DNA of 44,480 nt, filler included, from Jimgerdemannia flammicorona (Eukaryota), in the NCBI GenBank assembly GCA_003990765.1. It is 2 parts of 2 records of this genome, joined end to end, with 100 filler letters (N's around TTAATTAATTAA, not from the genome) between each part and the next. Parts side by side here need not be neighbours in the genome. Positions count along the whole stretch, not along the records: positions 22,297 to 44,480 come from RBNJ01001323.1; 1 more part is not named here. One strand, written 5' to 3'. Both the position numbers and the translations under genes were made by a program. Below are positions 23,305 through 35,694 of the stretch, piece by piece (positions within the stretch are counted from its first letter, which is position 1; each line of letters opens with the position of its first letter). The notes beneath the pieces were generated by a model. The model made no database searches. It was given only the letters and a program-made list of their open reading frames with translations, and was not told where the DNA came from.

Positions 23305-26300
23305 CAATGTCTTGCCTCCAACATCGCCTCACCTCCAATATCTTGCCTCCAACATCGCCTCGCCTCCAATGCCTCACTGGAGGTGAGGCGACATTGGAGG
23401 TGAGGTGACATTGGAGGCGAGACATTGGAGGCAAGGTGACATTGGAGGCGAGGCAATGTTGGAGGTGAGGCGATGTTGAAGGCAAGGCGACGTTGGAGGT
23501 GAGGCAATATTACTTATCAACTGCTGTAAAATCTGATATTTTTTAATAGTATTTTAAGCCACTTAAGTTGCTCAAGCTACTTATTAACTGCTGGTTGAAA
23601 TCTTTAAATAAATTTATTTAAATAAGAAATTGGTTAAGTTACAATTTTCTGAGAGACATGATGATATGAATGATATTTCTTAACAGCATTTTCAGTATCA
23701 AGAAGTTTCCCATTTAGTTCCAATCCTGAATTGGTAAAAAACACATGACTAGGTGGTATATATCAAAACATGTAAAAACACACATCTTGCCCTCCAACGT
23801 CGCCTCCAACATTGCCTCGCCTCCAACATCCAACATCATCTCCAATGTCCAACATCGCCTCCAACCTCACTGCCAACATCACCTTATTGCCAATGTCACC
23901 TTGCCACTAATGTCGCCTCACTACCAACAGCTCTTGCTCTAGGTTTGAAATTTCTTTTTATTGGCACTCTATGGAGGGGGGAGCATCACCTTGTCACTCA
24001 TTCTGAAGCCTCAGCTCACTCTGATGCTCTTTTCCAACACCTGTCCATTTTAGTGTACCTCGCCTCCAACATTGACTCCAATGTTGCCTTGCCACCAACG
24101 TCACCTCACCATCAACATCACCTCGCCGCCAACATTGCCTTATCACCAATATCACCTCACCACCAACGTTGCCTCACCGCCAACATCACCTCACCACCAA
24201 CACCTTGTCTTGGGCCCTTGCTCTAGGTTTGGAATTTCTTTTTGTTGACATTCTATGGAGTGGGGAGCCTCACCTTGTCACCCATTCTGAAGCCTCAGCT
24301 CACTCCGATGCTCTTTTCCAACACCTGTCCATTTTATATCTATCATGATGCCAAAAACTATAAGTGATGCCAAAAACTATAAGTGATGCCAAAAACTATA
24401 AGTGATGCCAAAAACTATAAGTGATACCAAAAACTATAAGTGATGCCAAAAACTATAAGTGATGCCAAAAACTATAAGTGATACCAAAAACTATAAGTGA
24501 TGTCAAAAACTATAAGTGATGCCAAAACTATAAGTGATGCCAAAAACTATAAGTGATACCAAAAACTATAAGTGATTAAAACACATAAAACACATCTCTA
24601 ACATGCATCTTACTCTTTTCTAACCTCTAACATTATCTCCTCCAACACCTCGCCTTCAACGTCACCTCACCTCCAATGTCACCTCACCTCCAATGTTGCC
24701 TTACCTCCAATGCCTTGTCTTGGATCCTTGCCCATCAACGTCTTGTCTTAGGCCCTTGCTCTAGGGGGGAGCCTCACCTTGTCACCTGTTCTGAAGCCTC
24801 AGCTCACTCCAATGCTCTCTTTTCCAATACCTGTCCATTTTAGTGTACCTCTAACATTGCCTTGCTGCTAACATCACCTTGCCGCCAATATTGCCTTGCC
24901 ACCAGTATCGCCCCTCACCACCAATATCACCCCTCACTGCCAATATCACCTCACTGCCAACATCGCCTTGCCATCAATGCCTTGTCTTGGGCCCTTGCTC
25001 TAGGTTTGGAATTTCTTTTTGTTGGTGCTCGGGAGCCTCGCCTCGTCACCCATTCTGAAGCCTCAGCTCACTTTAATGCTCTTTTTCAATATCTGTCCAT
25101 AGTGTACCTCGCCTCCAATATCACCTCCAATGTTGCCTTGCCACTAACGTTGCCTCACCGCCAACACCTTGTCTTGGGCCCTTACTCTAGATTTGGAATT
25201 TCTTGTTGGCACTCTATGGAGGGGAGAGCCTTGCCTCATTACCCATTCTGAAGCCTCAGCTCACTCTAATGCTCTTTTCCAACACCTGTCCATTTTAGTA
25301 TACCTCATCTCCAATATCGTCTCCAATGTTGCCTCGCCACCAATGTTGCCTTGCTGCTAATGCCTTGTCTTGGGCCCTTGCTCTAGGTTTGGAATTTCTT
25401 TTTGTTGGCACTCAGGAGCCTTGTCTTATCACCTATTCTGAAGCCTCAGCTCACTCTGATGCTCTTTTCCAACACCTGTCCATTTTAGTGTACCTTGCCT
25501 CCAATGTCCCCTCACCACCAATATCACCTTGCTGCTAATGCCTTGTCTTGGGCCCTTGCTCTAGGTTTGGAATTTCTTTTTGTTGGCACTTGGGAGCCTC
25601 ACCTTGTCACCCATTCTGAAGCCTCAGCTTACTCCGATGCTCTTTTCCAACACCTGTCCATAGTGTACCTCACCTCCAACATCGCCTCCAACATTGCCTC
25701 ACCGCCAACGTTGCCTCGCTGCCAATGCCTTATCTTGGGCCCTTGCTCTAGGTTTGGAATTTCTTGTTGGCACTCTATAGAGGGGGGAGCCTTGCCTCAT
25801 CACCTGTTCTGAAGCCTCAGCTCACTCCAATGCTCTTTTCCAACACCTGTCCATTTTAGTGTACCTCATCTCCAATATCACCTCCAACGTCACCTCACCT
25901 CCAACATTGCCTCACCTCCAACATTGCCTTGCCTCTAATATTGCCTCACCTCCAACATTGCCTTGCCTCCAATATTGTCTTACCTCCAACGTTGCCTCAC
26001 CTCCAATATTACCTCACCTCCAATATCACCTCACCTCCAACATTGCCTCACCTCCAACATTGCCTCACCTCCAATGTTGCCTCACCTCCAATGTCGCCCT
26101 GCTTCAACGTTACCTTGCTTTCAACGTCAAATTATAATCCTTTGAAAAAACCTGATTCTTTACTTTTAAATAAATCTGCATTTACAACAGAACTTGCAGA
26201 TTATTATATTATATTAAGAGAATGGTGTATGAGGTGTGAACATGTTAAAGATACAATATCTTATTTTTCTCAATTTTCTTTTATTTTTAAAAAACATCCT

Positions 26301-26880
26301 GTAAGAATATAATTAATAAAGAACTGGTGCCGAAATTGCAGCTTGAAGCCTTAAGAACTGCTTGCCTCCAATGCCTCCAACATTGCCTCACTTCCAATGT
26401 TGCCTCATCTTCAATGTCACCTCACCTCCAATGTTGCCTTGCCTCCAATGTTGCCTCATCTCCAACATTGCCTCGCCTCCAATGCCTTGCCTCCAATGTC
26501 GCCTCGCCTCCAATGTTGCCTCGCCTCCAATGCCTCACCTCACCTCCAATGTTGCCTTGTCTCCAACATCGCCTTGCCTCTAACATCCTCCAACACCAAT
26601 GTTGCCTCACCTCCAACATTGCCTCGCCTCCAATGTTGCCTCACCTCCAACGTCGCCTCGCCTCCAACACCTTGTCTTGAGCTCTTGCTCTAGGTTTGGA
26701 ATTTTTTTTTTTTTTTTTTTGAAGGGTGGTGGAGGCGAGGCGACTTTGGAGATGATGTTAGAGGCGAGGTAATGTTGGACTTTTCATGTTCATTGTAGAA
26801 GGAGGTGATGTTGGAGGTGAGGTGACATTGGAGGTGAGGCGATATTGGAGGTAAGGTGACATTGGAGGTGAGGCAACATC
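23305..26880. repeat. Satellite of a 17-bp unit (consensus CCTCCAACGTCGCCTCG) with about 8 interspersed ~130-bp modules
   Basis: The module GGGCCCTTGCTCTAGGTTTGGAATTTC...TTCTGAAGCCTCAGCTCACTC...CCTGTCCATTTTAGTGTACC recurs at about 23930, 24210, 24750, 24990, 25175, 25370, 25550 and 25735. Orientation switches near 23377 and 26720. Confidence 0.85.
24346..24576 (+). repeat. 19-bp tandem repeat (TGATGCCAAAAACTATAAG), about 12 copies
   Basis: Near-perfect head-to-tail copies without spacers. Confidence 0.95.
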
Positions 26881-27619
26881 AGTAAACTTGGTCGAAAATT
26901 GTGTGTGGCTGGCTGACTTGAGCAGCAGCTTGAGTAACTTGAAACTGGCTTACAATTCATTACTTTTTAAAGCCAAATTTTGATTTTTTGAAATAGATTT
27001 AAGGCCGAAATTGTGACTAGTTTTAGTGCAAATACAAAAAATGATGATAATTGATATAAAAAACTATTTTACTATAATATTATGAACAATAATAAAAAAA
27101 ACTCTCTATTTGGTTAAACATGATAGAATTCTATAATAATATATGATTTTTTTAAATTTTTTATTAAGTAGAATATAAAGTTATAAGCAAAAGGTTGAGT
27201 ATAAGTACTGTGCACTATATATATATAAGCTTTTTATATACAAGTTACTTATAAAATTTCAATTTCTGATTTTTTTAAAAAAAATAAAAATAAATAAAAT
27301 GTTGACAGATTTTTTTTTTATTTTTATAAATTTATAATTAACTTTATGTATTATTCATATTTGCCTGCATTACGAACTAAGGGGTATCCCTGTGATGGTG
27401 GATCGTGCGTGTCATCGATTGTGAATGTCTTTTTTGCGCGTGTGTTGGTGTGCTGGAGTTCGTGCTCTTCACACACGATATGAAGGCAGTCGCAAATTTT
27501 ATCTTCTAAGCAAGATTGTCGATCAATCCAATCGCGGAAGTGGGTAACCCCTTATACGTCGGAGATAAAAGAGGGGGGCTGCGGGGGGTGACATAATTAC
27601 GATCACACATGATACAACA

Positions 27620-28230
27620 CTGACAAACTCCAAACGTTTAAACAACTGACATTTACTGATCTCGTGATTGGTGTGCATGGATGCCGCGCATGCAAGTGGC
27701 GCTTAAACGGGAATTACGCAATTGCTTGGCATAATGACCATCTTTGAAGCCACATTTGTCAAAAGACAAGATTCTTCATAAATGAAAGACATCAATTGCA
27801 TTTCGTTCAATCCAAGGCTCCAAGCGCAAACGCATCTTTTATCTTTGGCGAAGTATCTATTACGAGTAGTGCATTTCACACTTTCGCCTCTCAGAAATCT
27901 CGGCCTTTGGGAGTTGCGGAGGACAGTAGGTGTGTTTTTGCACATTTATCTCATTCTAATTAAATCACTCGTCATATTTCAATTTTTACCGGCGATATTT
28001 TAGCAGTGTCTGCGAAATTACATATCGAGTATATTGGCTTCGATTCGACGTTCTTTGGCCGCTCTTTTTTTGAAGTTGGCTTACATACGTAGTATGAAGG
28101 TACATCCAACAAACGGTCTAGGCTCCAACAAGTATCCTACCTATTTTTATTCTCCATTAGTTAGCAGTATTAATTATGCCGTCCAGCAGCATTTCGAACG
28201 ATTTGTCATACAAGGCGTATATACCTTATA
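27620..28230 (+). pseudogene. Internally deleted remnant of the kinase gene
   Basis: GACAAACTCCAAACGTTTAAACAACT matches 28406-28431, then jumps to 3' homology (GCGCTTAAACGGG; AGACAAGAT..TTCATAAATGA; CGTTCTTTGGCCGC). Confidence 0.8.
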
Positions 28231-28396
28231 AATAATAAAACAAAATGGTCACGGCCTATTGGTTCAACAATACGAACATAATACAAACCTGGGCAAAAGA
28301 TATATTACTACATTAAATAATGTAATAGGCTACTACACATGGGTTGGATACATTTACCTCTATTCACCCAACCTGAATCTGAACCAACTCTTAATC

Positions 28397-29931
28397 ATGA
28401 ACGACGACAAACTCCAAACGTTTAAACAACTTTTTGCGAAAGGCGTCGTCACCAAAGAGCAAGCTTTGGTGATACAAGCCAACAAACTCAATTTTCCGAG
28501 CAACGACGAGCTGTTGCGTCTCCACCTGGCAAGGCTAGATGTGTCCGAGCTCCTCGAATACCTTGTATGGATACCGATTGAAAGATTCAGTGGTAACCTG
28601 AAGGTATTAGGAAAAGGCGGATACTCGACCGTGTACACGGGGATTGTCGAGTGGCCGACCGGCTTTGCCTTTCCAACCATTCATACCATTCGACGTGAGG
28701 AAACCATCGTTAGACGGAAATATGCATTGAAAGTGATTGATATCAGTATGGCCCACGAGGTGAGCAGACGCAAGATCCTATCTTTTATCTCTAACACCCA
28801 TACCTACTTTGTATCTCATCATTGATCCCGAACCTTTCCACTTGTCGGTGTAGGTGATGGTGGCAACGCATATCTCATATCATACCATAACATCCGTTGG
28901 AAATGCTATTACAATGCCTGTGATCGGACTCTCTCCAAACCCCGACCCTACCTCGAACAACTATCTCCTCGTCATGGAGTGCGCAAATGGGAATGTTGCT
29001 TAATTTCTCGAACTGGACAGAAGTCATGACTGCTACGATCGAACTGGTACGAAGCATCATGGTTTTGCATAAACTAGGCGTCATCCATGGGGACCTTCAC
29101 CCAGGAAACCTTGTCACAAGGGGAAAATGGCGCCAGCTACGTATCATCGACGTCGGACTCAGTGGCGCCATAAACATGCTACATGGCTCAGATGGTGTCT
29201 ACGGCCGGCTTGCGTATCTTCCGCCTGAAGTCTTCAATGGTGCACCCTATACACAAGCCTCTGATATTTACTGTCTTGGCACTCTGCTGTGGCAACTAAT
29301 AACCGGTGTTCCTCCACGGGGTATCGCCAGTTCAAATAATTGTCTGCGAGAAGAAATGATACCGCACATGCCAACGGCGCTTAAACGGGCATTACAGAAT
29401 TGTTGGAAAATTGACCCGGACAGGCGACCTTCCGCTACCATCCTATTTGAATCCCTCATGCCAAGTCTTGGGGAACCAATTATGTACCTTGGGGGTGATC
29501 GAGATTTTACGCTACCTATGATACCTTTGTCTCGCAAGACAAGATCCTTCATAAATGAGAGGCATCAATTGCATTTAGCTCAATCTAAGGCTTCAAGCAT
29601 AAACACATCTTTTGTCTTTGGTGAAGCATCTACTACGAGCAGTGAATTTCACACGTATGCCTCTCTCAGGAATCTTGGAGCCGTAGAGGACAATAGGTGT
29701 GTTTTCACACATGTACATGATGTTCATCTCATCCTTTTATCACACGCTCAAATCAATGCTCACTCGTCATATTTTCATTTTCGCCGGCGAAACTTTAGTA
29801 GTGTATCGAATGTGTCGGCTTCGAGGCGGCAAAGTCGTGTATCGAATACATCGGCTTCGACTCGGCGGAGTCGTGTATCGAATATATCGGCTTTGATTCG
29901 GCGCTCTTTGGCCGCCGCCCTGTCTTTGTGA
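28397..29931 (+). pseudogene. Tyrosine-kinase-like (TKL-type) protein kinase, frameshifted
   Basis: Motifs GKGGYSTV, ALK, HGDLHPGN, IIDVGLS, YLPPE and SDIYCLG. GT-AG intron 28760-28853 and a probable intron 29697-29798. An 11-nt deletion at 28998/28999 relative to the inverted paralog gives a stop after NGNVA. Confidence 0.85.
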
Positions 29932-30334
29932 AGTTGGCTTACATCACCGTCCAGCATTAATTGCAACGTCAGTTTATGTGGGACTCCCAACTTTCGAAAG
30001 ATTTGTCATGCAGAGCGTCCCTTTTGACAATAAAACAAATATTTATATTTATTCACCTGAATATCCTCTTGTTTGTATAACCTAAGAATGGGCTACATAT
30101 TATATAATATGGGTCACGTTGGTTGACATCAGTATATATACTGGTTTATCAGAGCTATAAAAGCTTCTCTCCTCATTTTTCCTCCATAATTTTCGTTGGA
30201 TGGAACAGCCTTTTTCCAGAAACCGACTATTACATTGTGAAGAATGTCCTTTTGCGGAACAAATCACCACCTATTCGTCATCCAATGATACAACCAGCCT
30301 TTTCTTGTTCTCCTCCATTAAACCCCGTTCAAGT

Positions 30335-31220
30335 ACCACTGGCATCTGCGGTATCATCTCTTCTCGCAGACAGTTGTTTGAACTAGCAATACCCTGTGGA
30401 GGCGCACCAGTTACGAGTTGCCACAACATGGTACTAAGACAGTAAATACTAGAGGCTTGTGTATAAGGTGCGCCGTGGAAGAATCCAGGCGGAAGGTACG
30501 CAAGCCGGCTGTAGACACCATCCGAGCCGTGTAGCATGTTGATGGTGCCGCTGAGTCCGACGTCGATTGTGACATTTTCCTTTTGTAGCAAGGTTTCCTG
30601 GGGGAAGGTCCCCATGGATGATGCCTAACTTATGCAAAACCATGATGCTTCATAGGCAGTAGATGAGATTTCTGTCCAGTTTGAGAAATCGAGTGGTTCT
30701 TGTTCAACATCCCCATTCGCGTACTCCATGACTAGAGATAGTTGTTCGAGGTAGGGTCGGGCCAACAGATGTTATGGTATGATATGAGATGTGCATTGCC
30801 ACCATCAGCTATACCGACAAGTAGAAAGATTCGGGATCATGATGAGGTATGAATTTTAGAGAAAAAAATAGGATCTTGTCGTCTGCTCACCTCGTGAGTC
30901 ACACTGATATCGATCATTTTCAATGTGAATTTCCGTCTAACGATGGTTTTCTTACGTCGAATGGTATGAATGGTTGGAAAAGCAAAGCCAGTCGGCCACT
31001 TGACGATCCCTGTGTATACGGTCGAGTATCCGCCTTTCCCCAATACTTTCGGGTTGCCACTGAATCTTTCAATCAGTACCCACACAAGGTACTCGAGGAG
31101 CTCGGGAACACCCAACTTTGCCAGGTGGAAGAGCAGTTGCTCGTCGTTGCTCGGAAAGTTGAGGGTGACGACGCCTTTTGCAAAAAGTTGTTTAAACGTT
31201 TGGAGTTTGTCGGCGTTCAT
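30335..31220 (-). pseudogene. Inverted, truncated paralog of the kinase gene
   Basis: Starts MNADKLQTFKQLFAKG, with the same intron position, GKGGYSTV and HGDLPPGN. Several frameshifts and no C-terminus. Confidence 0.85.
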
Positions 31221-32557
31221 AATTAAGATTCACATTCGATGAATTAAAGAAAATATATCTGACTCATGTGCAGTAGCTTATTACATTATGTAATGATAAT
31301 GTTTATTGTAATTAATTGACAGTGAAGAGGATTAAGATGGCGTATTTCAGGGGAGAGTAATTGATTTGTGTGACCGGAATTGGTATCTTTCAAAATGTTG
31401 GCTGACTCCCAAAGTATCAAACTCCCGAATTGGAGAAGCCGAATCCAATGGATAATGCGATAAATAAATGGAGCGTCCAGTGATATGTAGTAGCTCGGAT
31501 ACTCTCTAATTTATTTTCCTTCGAGTCATATTCACCAAGACAATTGAAAGTCGTACCTAATGATCCGATGGCTTCGTGCACCATCAGACATATGGCAATT
31601 CACCTTGAAGTGATTTCCGTAATCGTTATGACGGCACTCGCTTCCACGTTTCTGCTCCACCCAAGTCGTTGCTCTCAATCTATTGTCGGCTGGCGATTTG
31701 GCATCGGCGTTTCTTTCTCTATTTCCCCCTGTCGCGTCTCCCATAACCGCCAGGGTAGCTATTTCGATGCAACTACGACGTGTTTAGATCGGGCTGCAAT
31801 TAAACCATTGCTCGTGGTGATTTTTATGGAACTCGTGGTGCTGCCAGAAACACCTCCGGTATCAACTTCTGACGTGAAATTGGGAAATACGCACGATTGA
31901 CAACAAACGATTTTCTTCTCCAAACGCGCGGATGCTGGCAGTATATCACCGGATGGAAATCTTCTGCCACTTACCCACAACTTCCTTCCAATTATTAGGT
32001 CAAATCTGTGGGCAGATGCTACCTTCGACGGACCAACCGTAGTTACGGCTAATACTGCCAGAATTTACATTCCACAATCGTAAATAGCGCCTCCAGCATT
32101 GTCATGCCTCATAGAAGGACTTTTAAAGCCTAAAAGCTTTGCAACTTCCCTGGATGCCAAATAATGGAGGGGTTTCGCACAGAAAGGATCACAGAGTAGA
32201 GAATGGGATGTAAAAGAAGATTACTAACACGACCTGCACATATTGAGATAAAATGCTTATTCTTTTTCTTGGCTGTCAATACCTTTGTACTTACTGGTCG
32301 CGCCTCTGCCCCTTTCAACGCCCTGCATAGGGCGTGTCATACCATCGGCTACCGTGTCGCCTACGCGAAGGATTGCCTCCATGCAAATTCCAGTCTATTT
32401 TTCCAAGAGAAAATCAGGGTGTGAGGCATGCTTTCGGCGCCAACCGTAAGGTACAGCTCAACCTCTTGGAGGAAATGGCGCTGAGATCGGAGACACGCTG
32501 AGATTTGTTAAACATTACATTTTTAGCAGCACTTGGAATTATATCAACTACCGATTT

Positions 32558-34078
32558 TTATTGCTGAGCTGAGAGATAATGGGTAGTAGGATAGGTCAAA
32601 GAGTATCGATATATGTTTCCTGGGAACAACGTCACGGCAGGATAGACTTTGTCAGGAAGATTGTGCCAGGCCACACCGTAGCCGCGCCCATTGATTGAGA
32701 GGGAGCATGTTCGATCGTTCATATTGAGGTGGAAGGTGACAACATCGTCTGGTTGGAGAATGTGCCCAAAATTGGTTGCACCAGGGTAGACTACATGGTA
32801 TCGGTCATACGATTGAAAGGACCATGTACACGAAGACAAAAAAGCCGCCATGGTCCTGTCAAATTGATTGAAAGCAGCGCTAACCAATCCCATGGTATTG
32901 ACAGGTACTCCAAAAACCTTGGCGCTTGATTCAACAACAATGTTCCATTCGTATACGCCCGCGCCCGATGCTGTGAAGGGTGTCTCGATTCTGGCTGTGC
33001 TACAGCGTTTGCAGAATATCGGGTACTCGAGCACCGCACCATCTTCGGAGACGATAACACCCTTCCCAGTTCTCCATTTGTAACAGGCCGGTTTTAGTTC
33101 TTGCGGCGGTTGTTTTCCACGAGTTTTGGATGGATGCCCCGGAGAACATTTGATATTAGCGCAAGCGAGCTGAGAAAACGCCTTATACTGTGGCGAGTCG
33201 TCCCCAATTGCGTCGATAGACTCCATCATCAGCCTCAAACGATGCGGGCACATGAGAACCAAGTCTATGTGTCGCCACATCCTCCGCATCGATTCCCGTG
33301 CACGTCGATCCACCAGACAGACCCGCATGTCTGCGTCCGGCTCTCCGTCCGGCTCCACCGGGTTCTCCAGCAGCTTCAGACGCGTGTGACGTTCGGCATC
33401 TCCCGGGTCCCGCTCACCGCGGGACCACGCCCAATCCACGACACAGAGCAAGAGCGTGTGCTCGAGCGTCCTGAATGGCCGGGTGGGATCTGACCTCGTT
33501 CGCGTGAGGAGAAGCTCGAGTGCCGTCTCGGAGAGCCCGTTCAGATCCCCGATGGCAAGCGCGCGACGGCAAAACGGTTCGAGTAGCGCGTCGTACAGCC
33601 CCGCGTTCGCTGCATCGCCCGGGGGGATGATGCTGACGGCTCGGTCGAGAAGCGACCTGGCCTCGCGGAGGCCCTCGGTATCGCTGTCCTGTCGGGACTG
33701 TTCCAGGACCAGTTTCTTCAGTTTGGGGAGGCGGAGGAGCGCCGCGACTTGGTACGTCTCGATGGCGTCCAAGGGTGAGAGCGGATCGGAGCCGACGGTG
33801 TCGGTGTGGATGTAGCGTAAGGCGACGCGCAGGGCCGTCGATTGAATCCCCTCGAGCTGAATCCGATTGCTGATGTGGGGCTTGCTCGTTTCGGGACCGT
33901 AGATCATGCGCTTAAGAACCGGCGATCTGGCAGCTAGGAAAGCGCGACTGGATCGAACCTCGACTTTGTCGCCGCTGCAGAAGATAATTAAGTCGTGGAA
34001 AATTGGATCCACGAGAAGGGTTGCAACGGCTTCCTTCAGACTAACGTCGCTCTCAGGCTGGTAGGACGGGTCCACCAT
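32558..34078 (-). CDS. BTB/POZ plus C-terminal SPRY/B30.2-like domain protein, 506 aa
   Basis: BTB signature DLIIF...SSRAFLAARSPVLKRMI...ALRYIHTD; SPRY-like GVYEWNIVV...MGL...DDVVTFHLNMNDRTCSLSINGR...VYPAVTL; intact and intronless. Confidence 0.88.
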   Translation of the reverse strand: MVDPSYQPESDVSLKEAVATLLVDPIFHDLIIFCSGDKVEVRSSRAFLAARSPVLKRMIYGPETSKPHISNRIQLEGIQSTALRVALRYIHTDTVGSDPLSPLDAIETYQVAALLRLPKLKKLVLEQSRQDSDTEGLREARSLLDRAVSIIPPGDAANAGLYDALLEPFCRRALAIGDLNGLSETALELLLTRTRSDPTRPFRTLEHTLLLCVVDWAWSRGERDPGDAERHTRLKLLENPVEPDGEPDADMRVCLVDRRARESMRRMWRHIDLVLMCPHRLRLMMESIDAIGDDSPQYKAFSQLACANIKCSPGHPSKTRGKQPPQELKPACYKWRTGKGVIVSEDGAVLEYPIFCKRCSTARIETPFTASGAGVYEWNIVVESSAKVFGVPVNTMGLVSAAFNQFDRTMAAFLSSCTWSFQSYDRYHVVYPGATNFGHILQPDDVVTFHLNMNDRTCSLSINGRGYGVAWHNLPDKVYPAVTLFPGNIYRYSLTYPTTHYLSAQQ

Positions 34079-34462
34079 GGTAGTTGCGGAATATTTTAGG
34101 GGAGACGGTTGTCAGAGGTGTGATATATATATACCTGCTTTGGCTGGAGAAAAGGGGGTTGATAGACTCACTTACATAAAGGTTTTTAGCATCCCAGAAA
34201 CCTTGTCCTAGCTTTGGCCGAAAATCAGGTGCAAAACGAACTAGTGTATAGTGTTGGCGATGAAACGTGTCTTCAGATGGCCAGAATTCTTTTGATCTTT
34301 GAAAACTGATGTTACCATTGTATTAACTTGAGATTGACATGTTACTCGTAATTCAAATAACTACTATCATCCGCCTATTGATACACGCCACGACGCTTGC
34401 CTCACAAGACCAACTCCTTTCTGTATAATCTAAATAAAAATATCCGTCCAAACCACCCAACC

Positions 34463-35694
34463 TCATAACACAAACAGTGCTCCCACGACAGTCATCCCTG
34501 CGATCTGCCAGTTCATCTCCTTACTCGCCTCCTTCCACGAGTTGCGACCCTGCACAATGGCCTGGAACGGGATCAGCGAGGTCTTCTCATAGAAAGACGC
34601 CGGAAGCGTCTTTCTCTGCCGGTAATCCTGGTGCGCAGAACCAATGAACCAGAAGACCGGGTACCCGCCCCAGTAGAGGATGTCTGCAAAACAATGGTGT
34701 AAGAATATGAAGGAGGGTGTGAGGAGGATAGGGAACGGGTCGCGCTGTATAGAAGTGGAAGATAATACTGGTAATACCGCGCGCTGTGGGTGGATACTTA
34801 CCGCCAAGACGACCACGAGTCATGAGCTGGCCAATGCCAAGGAGAGCAACGCCGAAAAATAGACCTAACAATAAAATGTAACAAAGGAAGCAAAGGTGAG
34901 ATTGACTTAAAAAGCAGCGCCGCATTTAATTTACAGGTCAGATATAATATACAAATTCGGTATACAACTCACCATGCCTCGTCACTCGCTGGATTCCCTT
35001 TGGTTCCACTGCATTACTCTCCTCCACCTCTCCTTCGGCCTCCCTCTCGAGTGAGGACTTACCCGCTGCTGCGACGGGAGATGGCGTTGAAATGGCCTTC
35101 CGAGAATCATAAATTTTGAGTGTGAATGGGGTTTCAGGAAGAACGTGATCCACAAGAACCTATGCATCATCCCTGGGAACGTACCTGCGTAAACGAGATG
35201 GCACCAAGGACTTTGGTCGACCACCCCGCGGCGCGCACAAAACGCGAGCTACCAGACCAGAACTTTGTGCCCTTGCCCGCTCCGTATCGAGCTGCAGGTT
35301 AACACGTTGAGCGAGCATTGATGCACAAGAAAGCAGGGATAAGTATGTGTGGACTCCAATCGCCCAAAGACTCCCAAAGGTTGACGCATCCAACACGATA
35401 CGATACGCACCGTATATTAGCGTCGTGGGAACAAAGGTCGCAAATGCGATAATGCTGTAGGCCGCCAAAAACGGCTTCTCTCCGAGGGTGTTTATTAACT
35501 TTTCCCTGTTACTCGGGTGACTCATCTAGGGGTTTCGATTGTAGTTATTCGTTGAGGAATCGAAAAAATACGGAACGAGGAGGACAACGTACCACCATAT
35601 GGCTTCCAGCAAACGCCGACCACCCGACAACGATTCCAACTGGAGAGCGAAGCGTAGCAAGCATTGCGTTGGAGAAAGGGAGCGTGGAATCCAT
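34463..35694 (-). CDS. NnrU / Z-ISO family membrane protein, 6 exons, 243 aa
   Basis: Exons 35593-35694, 35411-35525, 35185-35291, 34973-35096, 34802-34864 and 34463-34683 with GT-AG introns splice in frame. Motifs: GSH...R..LI..LGE...YS, GIQRVTRHG, HQDYR...TSLIPFQAIVQGR. Confidence 0.82.

Noticed and set aside
24346..24576. CRISPR-like array
   Set aside because: The repeats are head-to-tail with no unique spacers, there are no cas genes, and the context is eukaryotic
23218..26693. ASNIASPP / LPHLQ repeat ORFs
   Set aside because: Products of a 17-bp satellite whose unit is not a multiple of 3, with frames shifting constantly
31500..32430. Short ORFs between the kinase and BTB-SPRY genes
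   Set aside because: No recognisable domain or consistent exon chain
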